64,000 nucleotides of DNA from an uncultured Actinomycetes bacterium (GTDB taxonomy: Bacteria > Actinomycetota > UBA4738 > HRBIN12). The position numbers and the translations under genes are program-made. The stretch is from positions 166,184 to 230,183 of the forward strand of contig CAVXYE010000018.1 of NCBI GenBank assembly GCA_963765865.1, written 5' to 3'. Positions within the stretch are counted from its first letter, which is position 1; the number at the start of each line of letters is the position of its first letter. The notes beneath the pieces were generated by a model that was not told the origin of the DNA, did not search any database, and saw only the letters and a list, made by a program, of their open reading frames with translations. Below are positions 10,117 to 19,001 of the stretch, one piece after another.

Positions 10117-10962
10117 TCAGCCCAGCTCGACCGGTGCGCCGACGAGCGAGCCGTATTCGGTCCAGGACCCGTCGTAGTTCTTGACGTTCGGATAGCCGAG
10201 CAACTCTTGCAACGCGAACCATGTGTGCGAGCTGCGCTCGCCGATCCGGCAGTACGCGATGACGTCGCGATCGGCCGTGATCCCCTCGGCCTCGTACAGC
10301 GCCTTGAGCTCGTCCGCGCTCTTGAACGTGCCGTCGTCGTTCGCAGCCTTCACCCACGGGATGTTGGCCGCTCCGGCGATGTGCCCGGGCACTTGCGCCT
10401 GCTCCTGCGGGAGATGGTCCGGGGCCAGCTTCTCGCCGCGGAACTCCTCGGGTGAGCGGACGTCGACGAATCCGGTGGGCGAACCGACCTTCGAGATCAC
10501 CTCGTCGCGGAGGGCGCGGATCTGGGGCCGCTCGTCACCCAGCAGCACGTGATCGGACGGCTCGAAGCTCGGGACGTCCTGGACCAACTCCCGGCTCTCG
10601 AGCTCCCACTTCTTCCGGCCGCCGTCCAGCAGCTTCACGTCGTCGAAGCCGCGGAGCTTCAGGAGCCAGTAGGCGTACGCCGCGAACCAGTTGTTGTTGC
10701 CGCCGTAGAGGACCACCGTCGTCCCCGATCCCACGCCGGCCACCGAGAGCAACTCGGCGAAGCCGCCTTGATCCAGGTAGTCGCGACCGACCGGCGTGTG
10801 CAGGTCGGTGGTCCAGTTCCAGCCGACGGCGCCGCGGATATGCCCCTTCTCGTAAGCCGTCGTGTCCTCGTCGACCTCGATCACGCGGACATCGGGGTCG
10901 TCGAGCTGTGCTTCGAGCCAGTCGGTGGAGACCAGCACATCAGGGTTCGCGTACTCGGTCAT
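10117..10962 (-). CDS. Thiosulfate/3-mercaptopyruvate sulfurtransferase (tandem rhodanese, CysA2/SseA-like)
   Basis: LVSTDWL, GHIRGA, YCRIGERSS active site, NYDGSWTEYGS; AAGGAGG SD. Confidence 0.95.
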   Translation of the reverse strand: MTEYANPDVLVSTDWLEAQLDDPDVRVIEVDEDTTAYEKGHIRGAVGWNWTTDLHTPVGRDYLDQGGFAELLSVAGVGSGTTVVLYGGNNNWFAAYAYWLLKLRGFDDVKLLDGGRKKWELESRELVQDVPSFEPSDHVLLGDERPQIRALRDEVISKVGSPTGFVDVRSPEEFRGEKLAPDHLPQEQAQVPGHIAGAANIPWVKAANDDGTFKSADELKALYEAEGITADRDVIAYCRIGERSSHTWFALQELLGYPNVKNYDGSWTEYGSLVGAPVELG

Positions 10963-11015
10963 GCGGAGATCCTCCTTCGCGTTCGGGTTCGACGAGCTTG
11001 GGACGTGCTCGCTGC

Positions 11016-11084
11016 TCAAGGTCGACAGCACAAACGCGACGGGATCATGAGGCCCACGAGTCCACGGGCACGCGTTCGGATCAC
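11016..11084 (-). CDS. Putative Cys-rich leader peptide MIRTRARGLVGLMIPSRLCCRP
   Basis: 22-aa GTG-initiated sORF with tandem Cys codons ending 53 nt before the sulfurtransferase ATG. Confidence 0.55.
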   Translation of the reverse strand: MIRTRARGLVGLMIPSRLCCRP

Positions 11085-11109
11085 GATCCCTACTCCCACG
11101 GTCGGGTCA
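11085..11109. promoter_or_regulatory. Third, weaker IscR/Rrf2-like operator
   Basis: GATCCCTAC-TCCCACG-GTCGGGTCA keeps the CTACTC-N4-GGTCGG core. Confidence 0.5.
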
Positions 11110-11159
11110 GACGGTCGTTCTACCCGTGTTGCAGGTGCAACGTCAACCGGCTGACGCGC

Positions 11160-11519
11160 TCAGAAGATGCCGAGCGATGCCTTCGCTTCGTCCGACATCA
11201 GCTCGGGGGACCACGGAGGCCGGAAGACGAGCTCGGGCCGTACCTCGCGGATCTCCTGGATCGGCGCCAGGAAGGCGCGGATCTGGTCTTCGATGAGCGG
11301 GCCGATCGGACACCCCATCGTGGTGAGGCTGTAGGTGATGTCCACATCCCCCTCGTCGCTGACGTCGACGCTGTACACGAGGCCGAGGTCGACGATGTTG
11401 ATGCCGAGCTCGGGGTCGTAGACCTGCATCAGGGCCTGCAGCACACGGTCGCGGAGACCGGCCTCCGGAGCCTCAACCGCGACCACGGGGGTCGGCGTTG
11501 CGCCTTCGTGCTCATCCAT
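11160..11519 (-). CDS. DUF59/SufT-PaaD family Fe-S assembly factor
   Basis: VYDPELGINIVDLGLVY, SLTTMGCP, PPWSPELMS. Confidence 0.92.
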   Translation of the reverse strand: MDEHEGATPTPVVAVEAPEAGLRDRVLQALMQVYDPELGINIVDLGLVYSVDVSDEGDVDITYSLTTMGCPIGPLIEDQIRAFLAPIQEIREVRPELVFRPPWSPELMSDEAKASLGIF

Positions 11520-11627
11520 CGGATCGCTCCCGCCCTCGTCGTTCGTTCTCGTCGGCCATTCGACCGGCGCGGATATTTCGGCACTATGCTTCCCCCAACG
11601 ATACCGCCCCTTCCCTCGAGGAGACCC

Positions 11628-12266
11628 ATGTCGATCCGCGCACTCATCGTTGATGACCATCCCGTCACGCGGGAAGGGCTCCGGACCGCGTTGGAGCTCT
11701 CCGAGGATGCCGTCGTCGTCGTCGGAGAGGCCGGGAGCGGGGAGGAGGCCGTCGAACAGGCCCGAGACCTCACGCCGGACGTCGTGTTCATGGATGTCCG
11801 GATGCCGGGGATGGACGGCATCGAGGCGACCCGCCGGATCCGCGAGGCCTCGCCGGAAACGAAGATCATCCTGATCACGATCGATGAGTCGCGCGGGGCC
11901 ATCTCCGAAGCGATCCAGGCGGGGGTGTCGGGGTACCTCCTCAAGGACGCCTCTCCCGACGCGCTCGTCGATGCAGCCCGCAACGCCGTCGAAGGCAACG
12001 CGGTGATCCACCCGCAGCTGACCAAGACGTTCATCGAGGAGGCGCAAGCGGTCGGCGACGAGCCGAAGACCGCGCCGCTGTCCAAGCGCGAACGGGAGAT
12101 CCTCCAGAAGGTGGCGGACGGGGCGACGACCCGCCAGGTCGCCACCGAGCTCGGGATCTCCCCCCACACGGTCAAGACCCACCTCGAGCGCATCTTCGAG
12201 AAGCTCGGCGCGAACGACCGGGCCCAAGCGGTCGCGATCGCGATCCGCACCGGCATCGTGCACTGA
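11628..12266 (+). CDS. NarL/LuxR family response regulator
   Basis: IVDDHP, MDVRMPGMDG, GYLLK, LSKREREIL..HTVKTH HTH. Confidence 0.93.
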   Translation: MSIRALIVDDHPVTREGLRTALELSEDAVVVVGEAGSGEEAVEQARDLTPDVVFMDVRMPGMDGIEATRRIREASPETKIILITIDESRGAISEAIQAGVSGYLLKDASPDALVDAARNAVEGNAVIHPQLTKTFIEEAQAVGDEPKTAPLSKREREILQKVADGATTRQVATELGISPHTVKTHLERIFEKLGANDRAQAVAIAIRTGIVH

Positions 12267-12310
12267 GCAGCGCTCTCCGCTCCGCCGATCGACCCCCACG
12301 ACGTAGCTCG

Positions 12311-12338
12311 CTCAACCTCCGAGAGGGTCGGCCGATAT
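12311..12338 (+). promoter_or_regulatory. Sigma28/WhiG(FliA)-type promoter
   Basis: CTCA-N16-GCCGATAT, 9 nt before ATG 12348. Confidence 0.55.
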
Positions 12339-12347
12339 CCCCAGCAG

Positions 12348-13541
12348 ATGGCGACCGTGCTGCTCTTCGACTCGGCGGACGAGGTCGCGCGCCTGCAATA
12401 CCACTTGCTCCACGCGGCGCCCGATCTCCAGATCGAGGTCACGTCCGACGCGTTCCGCGCGGTCGAGTCGACCGCTCGCACGCGTCCGGACGTGGTCGTG
12501 GTCGACCTGGGCCTCGAAGGTCCCACCGGCCCTGAGCTGGTGCGGCGCCTGTGCGCCTCCTCGCCCACCACGAGCGTCGTCGCTCGCTCGACGGCACGCG
12601 ACCCTCACCGTATCGCCGAGACCCTCGCCGCCGGCGCCGCCGGGTACGTCTTGCGCGAGGAGGGTCCCGAGGTCGTGCTCGGAGCGGTCCGTGCCGCGCT
12701 CGGAGGCGGTGTCGTCCTCTCCGCGATGGTCGCAACGGCGTTCGGGGCCGAGGTCGCTCGCACCGTCGTTCGCGCGATGGAGCTCGAGACGGAACTCGAC
12801 GAGCTGCGGGCGAACGTGTCCCAGGGCACGTCGGCGAAGGCCGACTTCCTGGCGAACATCTCCCACGAGCTGCGGACCCCGGTGACGGTTGCGAAGGGGA
12901 TCGCCTACGTCCTGCGGAACCCGAACGTCCCGCCGGTGGAGCGGGAGCAGTTCATCGAGCAGCTGCAGTCTTCGCTCGACAGCCTGATGCAGATCGTCGA
13001 CGAGATCATCACGATCGCCGAACTGGAACGGGGCACCTTCGCGCTCGAGGTCGCCAACGTGGATCTCGGTCCCCTCGTCCGCCACGCCGTCGACGAGGTA
13101 TCCCGGTCGTACCCGTCCGTCCCGATCACGGCGCAGGTACCGGACACCTTCCACGCGATCGCGGATGGTGCCCGCATCGGCGGGGTCGTTCGAGAGCTCC
13201 TGGACAACGCCTGTCGCTACTCCCCAGCCGGACATGCGGTCGAACTGCTCGCACGCACGCTGGACGAAGGCGTCGTCGTCACCGTGACCGATCGTGGAGA
13301 GGGCCTCGACCGGAGCATCGCGAACCAGGCGTTCGACCAGCCGTTCTCCACGGGCGAGCCGACGCTGCGGAAGGAGCGATCCGGCGCCGGGGTCGGTCTG
13401 CACCTGGCGCGCCAGATCATCGTGGAGCACGGCGGCGTCATGTGGGCCGATCCGCTCCCCGGCGGAGGCACCCGCATCTCGTTCTGCCTCCCGATCCGCG
13501 AGGGGCAGCGACTCGCCGCCCCGCCGGTCGGCGTCTCCTGA
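12348..13541 (+). CDS. Hybrid REC-HisKA-HATPase histidine kinase (cytoplasmic)
   Basis: N-terminal REC-like domain, FLANISHELRTP H-box, ELLDNACRY, DRGEG, GAGVGL. Confidence 0.9.
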   Translation: MATVLLFDSADEVARLQYHLLHAAPDLQIEVTSDAFRAVESTARTRPDVVVVDLGLEGPTGPELVRRLCASSPTTSVVARSTARDPHRIAETLAAGAAGYVLREEGPEVVLGAVRAALGGGVVLSAMVATAFGAEVARTVVRAMELETELDELRANVSQGTSAKADFLANISHELRTPVTVAKGIAYVLRNPNVPPVEREQFIEQLQSSLDSLMQIVDEIITIAELERGTFALEVANVDLGPLVRHAVDEVSRSYPSVPITAQVPDTFHAIADGARIGGVVRELLDNACRYSPAGHAVELLARTLDEGVVVTVTDRGEGLDRSIANQAFDQPFSTGEPTLRKERSGAGVGLHLARQIIVEHGGVMWADPLPGGGTRISFCLPIREGQRLAAPPVGVS

Positions 13542-13608
13542 GCCCGACCGTCCGGTGGTGGCGGCAAGCGCCGCCGGAGGCGTATCCTCCGCTCAGGAGA
13601 ACCGCTGG

Positions 13609-14313
13609 GTGCAGAGAACGATCCTCGGGTTGATCGTGATGCTCGCCGCCTTGAGCTGCACGGGCGTGAGTGCCCGCACCCCCGACCTCGAACAGCCCGC
13701 CATCCAGATCCGTCCGACGGGCTCGCCGTACGTCCGCGTGACGGCCGGCTCGGTGAGCGGGCTCGTCCCCCACGGATGGCAGGCCGTCCCGATGGACGGG
13801 AACGACTTCCACGAGGGATTCGTCGCGTCGCCTCACCCCGACACATGGCCTGAGATGCGGCCGAGCACCGCCGGATTGGTGGCCACGTGGGTGGACGCCA
13901 CACGCGTAGGCGTTCCGAGCGACCTGTATTACCTCGCCGCCTCCGGGCCCTTGCTTTCCGATCTCCGTAACCGGGCCGGCTGTACGTCGTCCTTCAAGGT
14001 CCTGGTCAACAACGTCCCGGCGTTCCTGCATGGGGCGGCCGACTCCCCCGGCGACTTCGTGGCACGGGGTGGTGGGGTGTGTCGCACCGATAGCGGAGCG
14101 GCCACCCGTTGGTCCTACTTCGTGGCGGCGCCGGGATTCGGACCGGTCGGCCGTATCGGGATCCCGGGTTCGGGTCTGTACGTGATCGTCGCTGCTACCC
14201 GGGAGTCACCGCGGGCGCGGAGGATCCTGTCCCGGTTGCTCGATCACGTTCGTTTCGGGCGGGACAGCATCGGGGATTTCGTGCGGGCCTTGAAACGGCC
14301 GATCGCCCTCTAG
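13609..14313 (+). CDS. Hypothetical lipoprotein
   Basis: AGGAG SD; hydrophobic N-terminus with ALSC lipobox-like site. Confidence 0.6.
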   Translation: MQRTILGLIVMLAALSCTGVSARTPDLEQPAIQIRPTGSPYVRVTAGSVSGLVPHGWQAVPMDGNDFHEGFVASPHPDTWPEMRPSTAGLVATWVDATRVGVPSDLYYLAASGPLLSDLRNRAGCTSSFKVLVNNVPAFLHGAADSPGDFVARGGGVCRTDSGAATRWSYFVAAPGFGPVGRIGIPGSGLYVIVAATRESPRARRILSRLLDHVRFGRDSIGDFVRALKRPIAL

Positions 14314-15419
14314 CGGGGGCTGCGATCCACGAACGGAGGCCGCACGACGGTCGCGGCGCCCCGCCGGCCCCTGATGTCCACCTCGACCTCCGCGCCCACA
14401 TCGGCCACTTCGGCCGGCCAGAGGTAGGCGAGGCCGATCCCGGTCTCGAGCAGTGGAGAGAACGTTCCGCTCGTGACCTCGCCGATCACCAGATCCCCGT
14501 CGAACACCGGGTAATGGGCGCGCGGGATATGCCGCCGTTCGTGCATCCGGAGACCGCGGAGCCTGCTCGGGAGTCCCTCGCGCTGCTGCCGCACGAGCGC
14601 CTCTCGGCCGCGGAAATCCCCCTTGTCCAGCGAGACAGCCCATCCGAGTCCCGCCTCCAGCGCCGTGGAGGACTCGAACAGATCCTGCCCGTAGAGCGGG
14701 TAGCCCATCTCCAGCCTGAGCACGTCCCGAGATGCGAGCCCGCACGGCATCCCATCGACGTCCGCCATCGCATCGGCGAGCTCGTGCCAGAGATCGACGG
14801 CGATGTCCTCGTACGTGAAGAGCTCGTATCCGACCTCGCCGGTGTACCCGGAGCGCGTCACGATCACGGGCCGCCGCCGGTAGGCCGATTCGACGCACCG
14901 CATGAAGCTCAGCTCCCCGGCCTCCGGGAACAACGCGGTCACGATGGACGGCGACCGCTGGCCCTGTACCGCGAGGAAGCACCAGTCCTGGTGGTACATC
15001 AGATGCACGCGATCGGGAGCATCGGCTTCACCGAGGATCTGGAGCACGCGCTGCGTGTTGGATGCGTTCGGAACGACGAAGTAGCGGTCCTCGTCGAGGC
15101 GGTAGACGATCAGGTCTTCGATCACCCCACCGCCCTCGTTCAGGACGAGGTTGTATCGCGCCCCGCCGACGTCGACGGTCGAAACGTCGTTGGTGACGAC
15201 GCCTTGGAGCAATCCCAGGGCCCCCGGCCCGGCGACCTCCACCTTGCCGAGGTGCGTCAGGTCGAACAGCCCCACCCGCTCCCGGACCGCTCGATGTTCC
15301 GCGAGGGCGCCGGCGTACTCGATCGGCATCAGCCAGCCGCCGAACGGTCCGAGCTTCGCCCCCAGCGCGGCGTGCTCCTTCTCGAGCGGCGAGTGCTTGA
15401 GCTCGGACGAGGCCTCCAT
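14310..15419 (-). CDS. gcvT: Glycine cleavage T protein
   Basis: FGGWLMPIEY, GLFDLTHLG, RSGYTGEVGYE, GLASRDVLRLEMGYPLYG. Confidence 0.96.
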   Translation of the reverse strand: MEASSELKHSPLEKEHAALGAKLGPFGGWLMPIEYAGALAEHRAVRERVGLFDLTHLGKVEVAGPGALGLLQGVVTNDVSTVDVGGARYNLVLNEGGGVIEDLIVYRLDEDRYFVVPNASNTQRVLQILGEADAPDRVHLMYHQDWCFLAVQGQRSPSIVTALFPEAGELSFMRCVESAYRRRPVIVTRSGYTGEVGYELFTYEDIAVDLWHELADAMADVDGMPCGLASRDVLRLEMGYPLYGQDLFESSTALEAGLGWAVSLDKGDFRGREALVRQQREGLPSRLRGLRMHERRHIPRAHYPVFDGDLVIGEVTSGTFSPLLETGIGLAYLWPAEVADVGAEVEVDIRGRRGAATVVRPPFVDRSPR

Positions 15420-15495
15420 CGGGCGCATCGTACGCGTGGGCACCGGAGCTCGCGTCCGAGTCGGGTGTGGGAACGCGGGTAGACTGGCTCTCCGC

Positions 15496-16878
15496 ATGGG
15501 CGACCCGTTCGACATCGTCGTAGTCGGAGCTGGCACCGGCGGCTATTCCACGGCCCTGCGTGCCGCCGAATTGGGCAAGCGGGTCGCCATGGTCGAGCAG
15601 GGCGAACGCCTGGGGGGCACCTGCCTGCTCCGTGGATGCATCCCCACGAAGGCGCTGCTGCAGTCGGCCGCCGTGATGGACACGGTGGAGCGCGCGTCCG
15701 AATGGGGGATCAAAGCAGCCGGAGAGCCCGACTGGTCGGCGATCGTCGCCTTCGAGGACTCGATGGTCGACAAGAACGTGAAAGGGCTCACCGGGCTCGT
15801 GAAGCTTCGAGGGATCGAAGTGGTCTCCGGGAGCGCCCGGATCCGGTCGGGCCAGATGGTGGAGGTGGGCGACCGAGCGCTCGAGACCGCCGCCGTGGTG
15901 GTCGCCTCCGGCTCGCGTCCGAAGATGCTCCCCGGACTGGAGATCACGCCACGGATCATCACGAGCGACCAGGCGCTGTGGTACGACCGCATCCCCGATT
16001 CGGCCGTCGTGATCGGCGCCGGCGCGGTCGGCTTGGAGTTCGCATCCCTGTACCGCTCGTTCGGCGCAGAAGTCACCGTGGTCGAGGCGCTGCCTCGGTT
16101 GGCCCCGCTCGAGGATGACGAGATCTCCTCCCAGATCGGCCGCGCGTTCCGAAAGCGCGGCATCACCGCGGTCGCGGGCGCGGCCGTCAAGGAGGTCACC
16201 GATACCGGTGAGGCCGTTCAGGTGATCTACGAAGCCGAGGGCGCTTCGCACGGCGTGACGGCCGACATCTGCCTCGTCGCCATCGGGCGCGAGCCCGTGA
16301 CCGACGGACTGGGGCTCGAGGAGGCCGGCGTCGCGCTCAACGATCGTGGCTACGTCCAGGTGGATGATCTCCTGCGGACGACCGCGCCCGCGATCGTGGC
16401 CGTGGGGGACGTGGCCGCGACGCCGTTGCAGCTCGCGCATGTCGCCTTCACCGAGGGGATCGCGTCGGCCGAGCGCCTCGCCGGGATCGACGTGCCGCCG
16501 ATCGAGTACGCGAACATCCCTCGCGTCACCTACTGCACGCCCGAGATCGCGAGCGTCGGCTTGACGGAGGCGCAGGCACGCGAGACCGGCCGCTCGCTCG
16601 TCACCGAGAAGCTCGACTTCCGCGCGATCGGCAAGGCGAACATCGTGGGAGAGGGTGGGTTCGTGAAGGTCGTCGCCGAGGAGGGCGATGGTCCGGTGCT
16701 CGGTGTGCACATGATCGGGCCCCACGTCACCGATCTGATCGCCGAGGCGATGCTGATCACCTCCTGGGAAGCATCGCCGGCGGACGTCGCGGCGTTGATC
16801 CATCCGCACCCGACCCTGTCCGAAGGCCTCGGCGAGGCGATGCTCGCGCTCGCCGGCAAGGCGCTGCATTCCGCATGA
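15496..16878 (+). CDS. lpdA: Dihydrolipoyl dehydrogenase (E3)
   Basis: GAGTGG, GGTCLLRGCIPTK, GAGAVGLE, HPHPTLSE. Confidence 0.96.
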   Translation: MGDPFDIVVVGAGTGGYSTALRAAELGKRVAMVEQGERLGGTCLLRGCIPTKALLQSAAVMDTVERASEWGIKAAGEPDWSAIVAFEDSMVDKNVKGLTGLVKLRGIEVVSGSARIRSGQMVEVGDRALETAAVVVASGSRPKMLPGLEITPRIITSDQALWYDRIPDSAVVIGAGAVGLEFASLYRSFGAEVTVVEALPRLAPLEDDEISSQIGRAFRKRGITAVAGAAVKEVTDTGEAVQVIYEAEGASHGVTADICLVAIGREPVTDGLGLEEAGVALNDRGYVQVDDLLRTTAPAIVAVGDVAATPLQLAHVAFTEGIASAERLAGIDVPPIEYANIPRVTYCTPEIASVGLTEAQARETGRSLVTEKLDFRAIGKANIVGEGGFVKVVAEEGDGPVLGVHMIGPHVTDLIAEAMLITSWEASPADVAALIHPHPTLSEGLGEAMLALAGKALHSA

Positions 16879-16886
16879 GGAGGACC

Positions 16887-17945
16887 GTGGCAACCAAGGT
16901 CGAACCCGATGCCGCCGCCAGCGGCCGACCGCTCCCCGACGACCGGCTGAAGGAGATCCTCTACTTCTTGAAGCTGGCTCGGTACTTCGACGAGCGGATG
17001 GAGGCCCTCTACCGCCAGGGCCGGCTGCCCGGGGCGATCTACTCGGGTCGCGGACAAGAGGGCACGCACGTCGGGGTCGCCTACGCCCTCGAACCTGAGG
17101 ACTCCCTGTTCCCCACGCACCGGGACCTCACCGCCCAGCTGACGAAGGGCCTCGACCTCAACCGGGTGATGGCGCAGTTCTGGGGCAGGATCGACGGATA
17201 CCTCCGAGGCCGGGACGGCAACAGCCACATCGGCGACTGGTACGGCCACCGCACCTACGCCGTGATGTCCCACCTCCCGATCGCCTATCCGGTCGCGTGC
17301 GGCGCCGCGCTCGCGTACCAGCGGGCCGGGAGCGGCCACATCGCCATGGCGATCTGCGGCGACGGCGCGACGTCGAACGGCCGGTGGCACGAGGCCCTCA
17401 ACACGTCGGCGGTGTTCCGCCTGCCCGTCGTGTGGGTCGTGAACAACAACCAGTTCGCGTACTCGACCCCCAACGCGAAGGAGTTCGCCGTCCCGACGAT
17501 CGCCGAGCGCGGAGCCGCCTATGGGATCCCCGGGATCCGCGTGGACGGCACGGACGTCCTCGAGGTCTATGGCGTCGCCCGGGAGGCCGTCGAGCGAGCC
17601 CGCCGAGGCGACGGCCCCACCTTGATCGAAGCCGTCTCGCTCCGGTGGCGTGGACATGCCGGTCACGACCCGGCGAAGTACGTGCCACGGGAGCTGCTCG
17701 AGCACTACATGCTGTCCAAGGACCCCGTGAAGAACTTCGAGCAGTACCTGACGGATCAGGGCGTCGTCACGGACGAGGACGTCGCGGAGATCCAGGCGCG
17801 CGTGGAGCGCGAGTTCGAGGAGGGCCACGAGTACGCGCTGGCGTCACCGTTCCCCGAGCCCGGAGACGTGACCAAGGGCTGGTGGGTCGAGGACGGCTAC
17901 TGGGTCGGGGAGCCGGGCCGTGGCGGCGGCACGGAGGCGAGCTGA
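16887..17945 (+). CDS. 2-oxoacid dehydrogenase E1 alpha subunit (copy 1)
   Basis: GQEG, GDGATSNG..NNQFA TPP motif, GHAGHD. Confidence 0.92.
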   Translation: MATKVEPDAAASGRPLPDDRLKEILYFLKLARYFDERMEALYRQGRLPGAIYSGRGQEGTHVGVAYALEPEDSLFPTHRDLTAQLTKGLDLNRVMAQFWGRIDGYLRGRDGNSHIGDWYGHRTYAVMSHLPIAYPVACGAALAYQRAGSGHIAMAICGDGATSNGRWHEALNTSAVFRLPVVWVVNNNQFAYSTPNAKEFAVPTIAERGAAYGIPGIRVDGTDVLEVYGVAREAVERARRGDGPTLIEAVSLRWRGHAGHDPAKYVPRELLEHYMLSKDPVKNFEQYLTDQGVVTDEDVAEIQARVEREFEEGHEYALASPFPEPGDVTKGWWVEDGYWVGEPGRGGGTEAS

Positions 17946-18991
17946 TGGCGACGCAGCAGGTCGAAGCCGGCGCGGCCGGCCACGGCGCCGAGCCGCGCGG
18001 CAAGCGCGGCGAGGACGGGCAAGCCACCTACCTGATCGCCATCGCGGAGGCGCTCTGGGAAGAGATGGAGCGCGACGATCGCGTGTTCATGCTCGGCGAG
18101 GACATCGGCGTCTACGGCGGCGCCTTCAAGGTCACGGAGGGATTCATCGATCGCTTCGGGCCGGAGCGGGTGATGGACACCCCCATCGCGGAAGAGACGA
18201 TCGTCGGCATGTCGGTCGGGGCCGCGATGGAGGGCCTGCGTCCGGTTGCGGAGTTCCAGTACGCCGACTTCATGTCCAGCGGCTTCGACGAGATCACGAC
18301 CGTGCTGTCCCGCTACCACTACCGCGCCGGCGTGCCGCTCCCGGTCGTCCTGCGCGGACCGAGCGGCGGCGGGGTGCGCGCGTCGAGCTTCCATTCGATC
18401 AATCCCGAGCCGTGGTACGCGTACGCCGGCGGGATCAAGATCATGTGCCCCGCCTTCCCGTCCGACGCGAAGGGCCTGCTCAAGTCGGCGATCCGCGACG
18501 ACAACCCCAGCCTCTTCCTCGAACACAAGTGGATCTATCGCCGGATCAAGGAACAGGTTTCCGAGGATCCGGAGCTCCTCGTTCCGATCGGGTCGGCCGA
18601 CGTGAAGCGCGAGGGTTCGGACGTTTCGATCATCACGTACGGCGCGATGGTGCACAAGGCGCTCGAGGCCGCGGACGCCCTGGCTCGGCGAGGCATCTCG
18701 GCCGAGATCGTCGACCTCCGCACCGTCTATCCGCTGGACGAAGAGACGATCCTGCGCTCGATCGAGAAGACGTCGCGGGCGCTCGTCCTGTACGAGTCCT
18801 ACCGGTTCCTCGGGATCGGAACGGAGGTCGCGGCGGTGATCGCCGAGAAGGCCTTCGAACACCTCGACGCCCCGGTCGTGCGGCTGGCTCCGCCCAACGT
18901 GCCGGTCCCGTTCTCGCCGCCACTGGAGGACGCGTTCCTGCCGCAGATCGCCGACATCGAGGCGGCCGTCGACCGGTTGGCCGGCTGGTGA
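17945..18991 (+). CDS. 2-oxoacid dehydrogenase E1 beta subunit (copy 1)
   Basis: GEDIGVYGGAF, DTPIAE, AEFQYADF, FLEHK. Confidence 0.92.
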   Translation: MATQQVEAGAAGHGAEPRGKRGEDGQATYLIAIAEALWEEMERDDRVFMLGEDIGVYGGAFKVTEGFIDRFGPERVMDTPIAEETIVGMSVGAAMEGLRPVAEFQYADFMSSGFDEITTVLSRYHYRAGVPLPVVLRGPSGGGVRASSFHSINPEPWYAYAGGIKIMCPAFPSDAKGLLKSAIRDDNPSLFLEHKWIYRRIKEQVSEDPELLVPIGSADVKREGSDVSIITYGAMVHKALEAADALARRGISAEIVDLRTVYPLDEETILRSIEKTSRALVLYESYRFLGIGTEVAAVIAEKAFEHLDAPVVRLAPPNVPVPFSPPLEDAFLPQIADIEAAVDRLAGW

Positions 18992-19001
18992 GGAGGACGA
19001 T

